Origin: Sphaerodactylus townsendi
Taxonomy: Eukaryota
NCBI RefSeq assembly: GCF_021028975.2
Contig: NC_059427.1
Span: 156,178,001 to 156,242,000 of the forward strand
Reading direction: 5' to 3'
DNA length: 64,000 nt
The position numbers and the translations under genes are program-made. The notes under the pieces are model-generated. The model saw nothing but the letters and a program-made list of their open reading frames with translations, was not told where the DNA came from and made no database searches. Shown here in pieces: positions 38,211-49,186 of this stretch. The stretch's first letter is position 1. Every line of letters begins with the position of its first letter.

Positions 38211-39403
38211 GCTGGGACGGTGGGACCAGGCAGTTAGTGCGGATTACGACGTCTCCGGCTGCTGGTGGGGAAGGTACATCTTCCCAAATGGATCCCTGGC
38301 GAGATCTGTAAGTCAATTTCGGTGTTTTCTCCCCCACCCTCCCCGCTCCCCCTCCTCCTTCTCCCCACTTTCTGCGCTCTCTCCAGCGTGGGGGGGGGGG
38401 GTTCCAGTTGCACCTTGAGTTGGGGGCAGAAGGAGAAAGGGCTGTGCGTCAGGGTCGTGCGTGTGGCGGTGGTTGGGAGCAAGCTGACTCGTCCGCCTTG
38501 CAAAATCAGACCTATCCCCCCGCCCCCCCCTTTACTTCCTCGAGGCTGGTGGAAAATCAGATGAGGAGCGCACGTCAATTCTACTGGTGAGGCTGAGCTT
38601 GGGTCCTTTCCCTTCCCCTGATCCCAGATCTCGTCCTTTTCTACACTTTTCTGCCAGGCTGGATTTGTCCAGGGAGGAATCGGTGGGGGAGGTTGAGAGC
38701 CACGTTTGCTCCCGTTAGGAAGTTTCGGCTGTGAATCCTTGGAGACGTCCTCTAGGACCTCCAGGTGTTTGAAAGGGAAAGGGGTGTGTGCTGGGGCCGG
38801 GAGGTCGAGTTGGGCTCGGCTTGCAAAGTTTGGAGGTCTCTGCTTCTTGGTCGTGTGGGCAGGTACAGGAAGAGGCCCCGGAAAGACGGGAGCTCGGCTG
38901 GGAGAGTCGAGAGGTGAGAAAGACTGGATGGAGAGAACGGAAAGGGAAGTTGGAGGGCATTTTGGGGGGATAGAGTTGATATCCCGTGTCAGCGTGGTAG
39001 GAATCTGGATTTCAAAACCAGCTTCGGTCTTCTCAAGCCTACAGGACAGGTAGTAAGCGCTGGTAGGTATGGAGACTCAAGAGGCAGTTTCTCACCTCGA
39101 AAACTCTCCCTGAGCCACGAGTTAAGAATTCCCCAGTTTCAACCTGACCTCCTTCACAGCTTACTTAGATGGCCTTCAAGCAACCTGCTGTCTCTCTGTT
39201 TGCATTCATATGCAGCTGTGTGTGTGGAAAAATCGGGCCGCCTCCCACTGAGTGATCCTATTTTGCCCACTCTCAAAAGCATTAGGCAAATGTTAGGATT
39301 GATACCTTTGCTCGGTCCTTGAGCCTTGTCCAGTCTTCCTTCCTCTCCCTACCTTGTCTGTTCACGTTTCTGTATATAAGAGGCTCAGTTATGATGAATG
39401 AAT

Positions 39404-39649
39404 GAAAACCAGCAGGTGGGGTGGTTAAGGGCCTGGAGGTAGGATCTACTAGTTAACCTGGTTTGTTTTCTACTCTTCCACATGTAGCCTCGGGATAGTC
39501 ACAGTTCTCTCAGAACTCTCTCAGCCCCACTCACACTCACCCCAGTGTCTGTTGTGGGCTTGGAGACCCCCTATGGTGTAAGCTGCTTTGAAACCACTTA
39601 TGGTGGAGAAAAGCTGGATATGAGAGCCAACTCTTCTTCATCATCATCA
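39404..39649 (+). mobile_element. Degenerate tRNA-derived SINE (Squam3-like)
   Basis: GTGGTTAAG head, body tagtcacagttctctcagaactctctcagccccac...tgtctgttgtggg, and tail gtaagctgctttga...gagaaaagc...ccaactcttctt. It is homologous to the copy at 50169. Confidence 0.75.
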
Positions 39650-40205
39650 CTTATCACAATAACCCAAGGGTTATAGTGCTATGACCTGGCTCTGCTTTTT
39701 CCACCCAACTGATAACAGTCTAACCTGGAGACTTTCTCACTCTTCCTCACTCTAAGCAGAGTAGGTGCTTCACAGGCAGACAGACTGCCACACAACCGTC
39801 CAGTAGCTGCCTTTTTGGAACTGCTTGGGTCATGGTTTGGACACTGCAATGACTATTGCAGTTCATGTAGGCCAGAAACAGGCAAATTGGAGAAAGGAAA
39901 TATACAATTGGGTTTAGGATAAAAGTGTAATGGGTTTCTATTGTCATGTTCAGTAGTTTCATTCAACAAATCCCTCAGACTCTTCTCCCCCTGCCTAAGT
40001 AGAACAGCCCTGAAATCAACATGAAAAGTAGGACTGTATCTTATTTTGGCACTGTGTGACTTCTTTGGGTTTCCCAAACATCTCGGTGCCCAAGTCAGTT
40101 TAGTTATTCTAGCAATATGGCAGTATTACAACAGTCTGAAGGCACCACATGTTTTGAAGTGAACGCTTTGTCCTAGTGTGTTTCACCAGTGAATCACTCT
40201 TGAGT

Positions 40206-40425
40206 TGGGGTGTTGTGGGGTTTCTGGGCTGTGTGGCTGTGTTCCAGTAGCATTTTCTCCTGATGTTTCTCCGTCATCTGTGGCTGGCATCTTCAGAGGA
40301 TCTGAAGATGCCAGCCGCAGATGCAGGCAAAACGTCAGGAGAAAAATGCTACTAGAACATGGCCCTACAGCCCAGAAACCCTACTCACCCCAGTTATTCC
40401 GGTCCGCAGTGAAAGCCTTCAACAA
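40206..40425 (+). mobile_element. Penelope-like-element-derived fold-back insertion, copy 1
   Basis: Inverted arms of about 92 nt (40206-40297 / 40301-40392) plus a ~33-nt unpaired tail. Direct repeat CACTCTTGAGTTG at 40195-40207 and 40426-40438 (target-site duplication). Degenerate hammerhead cores on both strands. Confidence 0.8.
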
Positions 40426-43322
40426 CACTCTTGAGTTGACCTGAGAGGCTGATGAAGGTTTTGAGTGAGGTTGGAGAATGGAGGGCCACTGAGCAGCCTT
40501 TTGCAAGATTCTCTGTGGATGAAGCTGTGGAAAGTGTTTGAAGATGTTGCCAGAAATGACAGCCCAGGTAGGCAGGCTCTTTGTCTAGTACTCATAGGAC
40601 CTCAGTCAGGATGCAACGCTGCCTTCTTCTTTGTTCACCTTCAAGAAAATGGAGAAAAGTGTACAAAGCAGGATGATGATCAGGGAAGGAAAACAGATTG
40701 GCTTCAGAATAAATCCTTGAAAGAGCAAGGCTGGGTCTCTAAGTTCCTTCATTGGGGAAACAGCAATTTGGAGATTGCCCCCCCCCCCCTGAATTTCCAG
40801 CCTTCCCAGCTATAGGAAGAAAAAGTGTGATGATCAAATTTCACTCATGAAGGCACCCAATAGGCTGTCCATGAAACTTTTTCCTGTTACATCCCTGCTA
40901 TTGGCCTACAAAGCCCAGGAGAAAGACAGTGGAAATTTGTAGGAGAAAGTTTTGCTGTAGAGAATCAAGACTGAGATTCCCCTTTCTGTTGGTACCTTTT
41001 CTAGCAACTCTTTGTTTCTATGGTTTAATTCCTTGGTGATTCTCACAAGAGAAGTTCACTCCACTGATCCCTTTTGTGTGCAACTACTTTACAGTCTGTG
41101 CTCATAGATTTTTCCTCACATCATATCACCTTTGGTAAACCTCAGAAAGGGAAATGACATAACTGTGTATACCATGCTTACAGAGCCAGCAAAAATAAAT
41201 GTGCACAACAGACAATCTTTAAAGAAAAAAAGACACTTCAGCTTCCAAGGACTCCATGGGTCTGTTGTAGGTCATACATCTTTCCAGAGTTCCCTATAAA
41301 CAGCACTACAATAAGACCCATCAGCATTGAAGAACCCTCCTGCTTTAACTTGGAACGGAAGGACTTCGGTCTCAGAAGTTGTCTGTGTGTGTGTTTGTGT
41401 GTGTGAGAGAGAAAGTGTGTGTGCATATGGAAGGTTGCAAGCTTCACACTTCTTTGAAAGCAAACCCCATTGACAATTAACAAGAGGTACTTCTGAAGAA
41501 ACATCTTTAAGAAAGAAGTCTAATCAGGAGCAAAACCGATCACTTAAATTAGAATGGTTTGTGGGCTGGGCAGTTAGCAGGAAGAGCAGAAAGGAGGAAA
41601 GGTCACCCACATACAAAAGGGAGAGGAAGGGGGGGGGGGGATATGAATTGCACTTTCCATTTTCCTCCCAAGAAAATACCTTCACAGGAACCTAGTTTAT
41701 TCTCCTGTCTACCTAATTTGATTTGCATTGGCAGGGAGATTGGAATGAAAACCACCCCATTCACTTTCAACATGGTAGAGCCCTACTTTCAGAATACTGT
41801 CATTGAGTCTATTTGTGGGTGTACTTTGTGCATGCAGCGTGTGTCCTTTTGTGTAGGCACACATGTATGCTCGGTCACACATGCCTGGTTTCTACTGTAG
41901 GGAGTGCCCATCTTTGTATGTTGATAGGTTTCAGGGAACTTCTGTGAGCCTATGGGAGAAATGGAGAATGTTTACATATTGCCTATATATTGTCCCAGAA
42001 TTTTACCTGGCTAAATACGAGAAATACAGTTTTCCTGGGTTATTTCAGGCTCCCGGGCCTGAACTAAGGTCATTTTCTGCGCCAACACAGTATTTTGCAG
42101 TGGGACACATCAGCAATTCCTACTGCACACAGGACATACATTGCAACTGCCAACTCTGTTTCATTCATCAGGCATGTCCTGTGAAATGAAGCGAAGCAGG
42201 TCCCAACTCCTCAGTGGAGAAGATTTTCATAGATGCCTTTCAGTCATCTAGAGGGGGGCTGGGTGGGATACATGAAAATAAACACAAAAACCTTCTGCGT
42301 TTCTAGGTCTTAGTGTTCTGGGCTGCGGTAACCAAACTTATTAGCACTCAGAAGGCCCAATCTGTTCTTCAGAAGCTGAAGTGTGTGTGTGTTGAAGTGC
42401 TGATTGGCAAGCAACCTTTTGCTTTTCCTGCACCTCTGCTAGTCTTTGCAGGGGTGTAGTCTGAAGTTGGAATCCTCTTGGGGAAAAGGCCTCTCCAGGG
42501 CTGAGTCCACTTCTAGGTTGGGGAGGGGACAGCTGGATACACAATTTTTTCTCAAGCTAATCCAGAGATGCAACCACAGATACAGAGAAGGGAGGGGAGA
42601 GAGGGGGAAATGGGACCTGGATTTGTACCATGCTGTATCTGCAGTGTTGTCTCTTTGGAAGGAGCTGGTTGTGAGATGTGCGGCGAAAAGGGGCTCCTCC
42701 CAATGTGTACACCTGTGACTCTTTTGACTCCTGGGCCAAGCAAACATTGTAGTGGAAGATGGCTGTGGCAAATGCCCCTGGGGATGGAAAGCAGGAGAGA
42801 TAAGAGGAAGCTTCAAAACCTGAAGCATTAGCATAGCTTGCTTGTGATGACTAGTTCAACTGGACTGCGTGGTATTTGTTGGAACGCCAGAGGGGCATTT
42901 CACCCTTTCTGAACGTGTGACAGCTGATCCTATGCGCAGCCATTGTGTTGGGGCAGGAAAAAAATCCAGCAAGGCCCCAGGGCGCTTTAATTAGGCAGCA
43001 GCTGAGCTCTTTCAATGTCAGTGGAACTGGGTGTTCCTCCCAATGGTGAGAGTGCTCTGACCCTGATGAAGCCAGGTTACATTGGGTGCCCTGCTGACAC
43101 GTCACCTTGGACGCCACTGGGAATTCAAAATGCTCCTTCCCAGATCCTAACTTGGTGTTTCCCTCAAGTAGAATGTTCAGTCATTCCACGTGATGTGCAC
43201 TTGCCTGCTCAAAGAGTTGTACGTTGTCCAGCTTTTCGGACAAGAAAGTCCACAGTGAGATGAAGAAATCAGAGCTACAAGAGGTCAGCTCAAGGTTTAG
43301 GATAGAGTCAGTGTCTTATTGT

Positions 43323-43445
43323 ATTGTCAAAGGCGTTCAAGGCCGGAATCACTAGGTTGTTGCGAGTTTTCCTGGTTGTTTGGCCGTGTTCCAGTAGCTA
43401 CTGGAACATGGCCACACAACCCGGAAAACCCACAACAACCTAGTG
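43323..43445 (-). mobile_element. Penelope-like-element-derived fold-back insertion, copy 2
   Basis: 48-nt arms (43350-43397 / 43398-43445) meet at CCAGTAG|CTACTGG. The tail is on the left. Flanked by AGTGTCTTATTGT / AGTGTCTTTATTGT. Confidence 0.75.
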
Positions 43446-44756
43446 TCTTTATTGTGACTTACTGTTCACAGGGCTTTCAAATATGCTTTCGTTTGACAGT
43501 TCCGGCTCCAAATGCGATGGAGTTTGGCTTTGAATTCATATACTGAAGTCATACATCATCAACACAGGGAAAGTGCAAAATGATAATGGACACTCGAATC
43601 ACTTGGAGAAAAGAAAGATTGAAAACACACACCAATGACCATAGGCCGCGAGAGTTAGGTAGAACCTGCATAGACAGAGCTTGTGCGTGTCTCTCTTCGT
43701 TCATGTTTTACCAGTGGATCCTAGAATACTTGGTTGGAAACAAGAATTCTCGACTGGATAGGCCTTGCTTATGAGAGTGTAATTGATCTCTGATAACCTC
43801 CTTGCTGATAGCTAGAAAGATCGATAGCTCTATCCTCATACCTATCTGTAGCCAGAGACTTTCAGTTTGGTTTCCAGTTTACTGATTATTGACACCCACA
43901 GAGAGAACTTCAGCACGTGCATCTTAAAAAGCATTTACGCCAAGTATTCCATCTCTACAATCGCCGGTGGTGGGTGGTGGATTACTTTGAGAAGTGATGG
44001 TTACAGCAAGCTTGGAGTCTCTTTCTCCCATCAATTCACTCTATTCTTTCTTGGTTCTTGTTTTGTTTTGCTTCCTCATAATAGATATTTTGGGAGGTGG
44101 CTGATGCTTCTTCTTTTTTTTTACCGACCTTTCTTCCTCTGAAAGATGGAAAGGTAGTTAGAAGATTTGTGCCCCTGTGTGAAATCAAAACTATTTCCAG
44201 AATGATGGGGAGCATGCCTGTTGTGGGGACCACGTGATCCCAGCCCTCCACTCAAGGAGAGGAAATCACACATAGGTGATGATATATGTATACAAAAGCC
44301 AAATAGAGGAGAACATGTTTTGACTGACAGAAGCAATGTGACATTCACATATGTCTGCCACATTCCCATCCTCCCCCCCTCCCACCAGGCAATCCTGTCA
44401 GATTCCATTAGTGGGAGCTTGATATTTTATTTTGACTTTAAAATTGTATCACTGTGGGAAGCTCCCCCCCCCGCCCCCCTCTTTAAATGAACCATAAATA
44501 CAACCCATCTTATGCCACAGGTAGAGAGAATAGATCACAACGCTTAACTATTCATCTCATGCTCTTTCATTGGAAATATTTGCAATTCATCGACATTCTC
44601 TCTAAAATTCTTTTCCAATGGTTTGGTGGCGGCAATGGCAAGCTCAGTACAGAGAAAGAAAACCTTCGGTTTATGGGATGTATGAAAAAAACACAGGGAG
44701 TTAAAAAAGAAATGTCGGAGCGATCTGGGAGGTGCAGTCAAAACAATAGCATTGTC

Positions 44757-44840
44757 TGCTGAAGATTCCAGCCACAGATGCACTGAAACGTCAGGAGAAA
44801 ATGCTACTGGGACATGGCCATACAGCCCAGAACCCCCCAA
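44757..44840 (+). mobile_element. Penelope-like-element-derived fragment, copy 3 (single arm)
   Basis: ctgaagattccagccacagatgcactgaaacgtcaggagaaaatgctactgg..catggccatacagcccagaac, flanked by AAACAATAGCA (44741-44751) / AAATAATAGCA (44839-44849). Confidence 0.7.
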
Positions 44841-46744
44841 ATAATAGCAGATTGTGAGAAGCCAGGTGGCCTTCTCTGGGGCATTCTGTCTTTTGTAGTC
44901 ATCTTCACTAGCATAAGGTATAATTGGGTCCAAAAGAGAGGAGAATACAAGACACATGGATTCCCCTCCACCTTCCCCCCCTCCCCCGACGGTTCTCCCT
45001 CCTAGTGCTGCAGTTTGAAGCTGGGCAACATTATCAGCAAGAGACACATAAAAGGAAAAGGACTGGAGTCTTCCTGCAAACCTGGTTTGCTCACCTCCAC
45101 TGCAGTCGTCTGAAGAGCTGAACAAAGTTATATTTGCTAGCCAAGTCCAGGGCTTGAAAGAGCAAGAGGACAGACATTGCTTGCTCTATCAGTGCTTGTT
45201 CGGGGATATTATTGCACGGCCCTGGGGGCACCTGGCACCAAGACCTAAGACCTGGGGAACATAAATGGTATGGTCCATTGAAGCCACCGTACGTGATGAG
45301 CCTGGGCAGACGTTAACACAAGACAAGGTGGAGGAGCGATTTCACAGTCCAAGGGGGGCGGGATTTTACAAGGCTGAGAACTTTCACTTTTTGGCAGCAA
45401 CCCCCGTTTAATTCCCTCCCTCTTCATAGGATGCATGCATTTTTCCACTTTGAAAAAAAACAACCCTGAAATGCTAACTGTTGTGGAAGTGGAGTTCCAG
45501 AAAAATCAGCACTCCCACATCTGGGTAATTCTGTCTAGGATCTGGGTTATTTCAAGCGTCACAGAGTTGTATCCGCGTTTTCCCCAGCAAATCTTTGCAT
45601 CCGTCAACCTGTAGGCAAATCTCGATTCCTTGCAGGGACTTTTCCCGCCTCCATTCCCCTCTTCGGGATGAAAAGAGCACATGAAAGGGGTTTTATGACG
45701 TTCTGGATCTTGTCACGAAGGAGACCTTTAAAGCACTTCCTTCTGGGGGAAATGCAGGCTTCAAGATGCGTTTTAACCGCACGAGCTTTATTGGCACATC
45801 GTCTCCTCTCCTCCCCGGGCGTTGCAAAAATGAGGATATTGTGAATGGAGTTCTGTTTGTATGCCTCCCTTGGGTGTTTTATAAATTAGAACGCTAAAGA
45901 ATTTGCTCCTACAAGAAACCCATTGAGAATATTAATGAATCTGTGGGAGGGTGTTTGGAAATATCCCCCTCTTAAAATATTGTAATAAGGTTGAGTCATC
46001 TCGACGAAAAGCGGGGAACGTGCTGGAAGGATGTAAACGGGTCTACCGGCGAGGCTGTTCCTCGTGAGTTCAATAGTTCCCGTTTGATCTCAGCGGCCTA
46101 GTGTGTGTGTGTGTTTTTTCTTGGCGAGGTGGAGAAACAGCGTTGAATATATTAGATTTTATCTACTTCTCTTAAGAAATAACAAAAAAAGGGGGGGGGG
46201 GACGGAGTGTATCATCTGTGCAAACTGCATTGACTGACTGATATGTTGCTCGTATTGATTTATGATCCGGTTCTGAAAGAGCTTCTCTGTCAAATGGCGT
46301 TTCCATTCGGTCAAGAGTTGAATTGCCAGCTATCGATTTCTATATGATTGCGGCTTGCTTGACTTGCAGTTTCTGGCTCTCCGGCCAGATACCCATCTTA
46401 ACTACCCCGGGAGAATGGTAAACACATCGCTTTCTTCCCCCTCCGTGGCGTCGGCACTTTAAGCGGCTCTCTGTTGGCTTCCAGGGTGAAACGTTTTCCC
46501 CGCAGTCCACTGCTTGCCCAGTACTCAACAGCATAAACGCTGCAATACTTTCCGGATTGTCATGTTGGGGCGGGGGGGGGGGTTTGAGGAGAACCTCTTG
46601 GTCCATCGACCCATGCATCCACATGCTTAATATCTTTTCTTACTTTTTGCAGCCTAGGAAATGGGAAAACATAATTTACAGGAGGCAAAACCTAACAAGC
46701 TATATTCAGTCCATTACCCTTCTACTGCTGTCTGTCTCCCTATA

Positions 46745-47075
46745 ATACTTTACTGTACTACCGGTATACTGTACTATATTATACTATGTTATGATATGCT
46801 ACACTATGCTATGCTATACTTTACTGTGCTATACTATACTATGATATACTATACTTTATTATTCTTTTTTATTATTTGTTAAATTTGGTATACCACACAC
46901 CTCCAAAGGGTTCTGGGCGGTGTACTAGTACTTTACTGTACATAGTAAGAAGCACATAGTACTTTACTGTACTATGCTATGCTATACTATATTGTACTAT
47001 GTTATGCTATACTGTACCATACCATACTATGCAATACTATACCATGCTAGGCTATGCTATACTATGCTATACTGT
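46745..47075. repeat. Degenerate pentamer repeat (ACTAT/GCTAT)n interrupted by an L2-type tail fragment (~46855-46925, minus strand)
   Basis: Visible pentamer periodicity. The central tttattatttgttaaatttggtataccac...ggttctgggcggtgtac resembles 35287-35360. Confidence 0.7.
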
Positions 47076-47854
47076 TTGTCTATAGGTACATATACTAGGC
47101 CAAAGGCACACACATGTTTGTAGAGGTATATCTGAACTGCTGTTATTATGGCCGTGCCTGGAATTTCCTGACAAGTACAGATTTCTCCCCGTTCCTGACC
47201 CAAGGACGGAACAGTCACGTGGGAGGGGAAGCAACTACTATTGTTGGAACGGAGTATTTACTTTCTGTCCAAGGCAGGACCAGCGTTTGCCGGAGTTTTT
47301 AACATAAACAGTAACTGTAACATGAACTGTAGTGTCATCTACAAGCATTTGCAAGAGATTTAAGAAGCCTCTTGAGTATGTCTGTGGCCAAGACGCCTCT
47401 GCTGCAGCCTGCAGCCCTTCCTCAAGGCAGGAAACTTTTTTTTGCTTGCTTGGTGGCAGGAGGGGGGAGGGGCAATGGGGGGAACCTAGTATTACTGGAC
47501 GCCGCCCCCACTTTCAAAAACGACGTCGCACCCCATCCTCTAGCCTCTGCCCCCCCTCCCCAAATCGGGTCCCACCAGGTGGTGTACAATCCTACAGTAC
47601 AATCTCCCCCCCACCCCACCTCTCCAACAAAAGTGATGGGCGGCTAGACTTTTATTACAGGGGCTCTTTCCAGGCAGGAAAGGGAGGGGGCCGTAAACGC
47701 AGGGAGGTGTCCGTTTTGATCGGTCTAATCACAGGAAGTGGGGGCAGGGGAGCTGGCCGGCTCTGGGGCTGTAGATTCCACCGTCTTGCCAGCCCTTTGC
47801 TTGCCTCTCCTTTCTCAAAGGTGCCTGTGAAAAGATGAAACAACAAGAAAAGAA

Positions 47855-47896
47855 GCGGGGCGGGGCGGGGCGGGGCGGGGCGGGCGGGGCGGGGGG
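47855..47896 (+). repeat. (GGGGC)n GC-box / G-quadruplex-prone array
   Basis: Eight G-runs separated by single C residues, in a CpG-rich patch (~47660-48300). Confidence 0.8.
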
Positions 47897-48308
47897 AGAG
47901 AAGAGAAGAGGAAAAGTGGCTGGAAAGGGTGGTTGGGTGCAATAAACTCCCCCGCTGCTCTGGTGTGGAAAGATTGCCGCTCATCCAAGCGGAGCCTTTA
48001 AACAAACACTTGTATCTCCTGCCTGGAACCCCAGACGAGTTTATTTGTAGTTTTCGACTTCTCGGAGGCTACTACGGCTAATAAGCAGAGCCCCCTTAGT
48101 GGCGAAGATGGATGCGCCAGGCGGGCGCGCCAGCCTTCCTCCCCCGGACAGTAACTTTATTTCGCGCTAAACAGCGGGGTTAAAGCACAGACAGGGACCC
48201 TCCGGAGACAGCAGGCCAGGCCCAGCTTCTCTGGAGGAGGCTGGGAAGAGGCCGAGGCAGGCTTCAGACCAGAGAGAATGTCTCCTCCTCGACTGAGATC
48301 TAGGAGAT

Positions 48309-48513
48309 CTGGGGTGTTGTGGGGTTTCCGGGCTGTATGGCCGTGTTCCAGCAGCATTTTCTCCTGACGTTTCGCCTGCATCTGATATCCTCTGAAGATG
48401 TCAGCCGCAGATGCAGGCGAAACGTCAGGAAAAAATGCTGCTGGAACACGGCCATACAGCCTAGAAACCCCACAACACCCCAGTGATTCCGGCCGTGAAA
48501 GCCTTCTACGTTG
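48309..48513 (+). mobile_element. Penelope-like-element-derived fold-back insertion, copy 4 (youngest)
   Basis: 76-nt arms (48309-48384 / 48408-48483) differ at 3 positions. Tail tgattccggccgtgaaagccttc. Target-site duplication AGGAGATC at 48302-48309 and 48514-48521. Confidence 0.85.
48388..48430 (+). ncRNA. Minimal type I hammerhead ribozyme motif (Penelope type)
   Basis: Stem I UCCU/AGGA, core CUGAAGA (48392-48398), stem II GUC...GGC, GAAA (48419-48422), palindromic ACGU stem III. Predicted cleavage after GUC at 48426. Confidence 0.7.
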
Positions 48514-48865
48514 AGGAGATCGTTTGTCGTCGTCGACCAGTCAAAAGGGAATTGTCCCCTCTTCTCCGGCCGTTGCTTTAGGGCTACAGCGGAACAGCGA
48601 GAGGCAGAACCCCACTTTGCCAAACCCTTGGACCTGGCATCTCAGCAAGTCCGCTGCCAGCGAAACAGACACACAGACAGACACAAACCCAGGCTGCAAA
48701 TCTGCCTCCCTCCTTGAAGCGATGAAGGCAGAGAGAGCCCTGCAAAGAGCGGGGTCTGTTGAAGAGGGGCGATCGGTACACCTGATCGCAACGTATTTTA
48801 CATCAAATAACGAGATGAAAACGGGTTTCTTCTGCGAAGCTGCCTAGGACGGATTCATGGGCCTG

Positions 48866-48970
48866 GGTGGATGGAGTGTATACCCTGCATGTTAGAACGT
48901 CATCTATAAATGTAACTATCATCTAGCTAGCTATCTAGCTAGCAATTTAACTAGCTATCTAGCTAGTAAC

Positions 48971-49014
<44 letters not shown>

Positions 49015-49186
49015 CTCTCTCTATTAATAAATCAATCAAAACAGCAATAGGTGGATGGAGTGTATACCTTGCATGTTAGAACGTCATCTATATATGTATC
49101 TATCATCTAGCTATCTATCTAGATAGTTGTCCAGCGCTCGCTCTCTCTCTCTCTCTCTCTCAATAAATCAATCAAATTAGCAATAG
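48866..49186. repeat. Two-unit tandem duplication (~185 + ~137 bp) containing (CTAG/CTAT)n and (CT)n
   Basis: GGTGGATGGAGTGTATACCYTGCATGTTAGAACGTCATCTATA starts at 48866 and at 49050. Both units end AATAAATCAATCAAA..AGCAATAG. Confidence 0.9.

Noticed and set aside
43282-43298. Second DR5 RARE (AGGTCA-gctca-AGGTTT)
   Set aside because: The second half-site has two mismatches and there is no supporting context.
44544-45125. 193-aa minus-strand ORF
   Set aside because: It crosses a Penelope-end fragment and low-complexity sequence, and has no RT or endonuclease motifs.
40206-48513. Fold-back elements as miRNA genes or CRISPR-like repeats
   Set aside because: They are dispersed copies with target-site duplications and Penelope-type sequence, with no spacer array. 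A transposon origin explains them.
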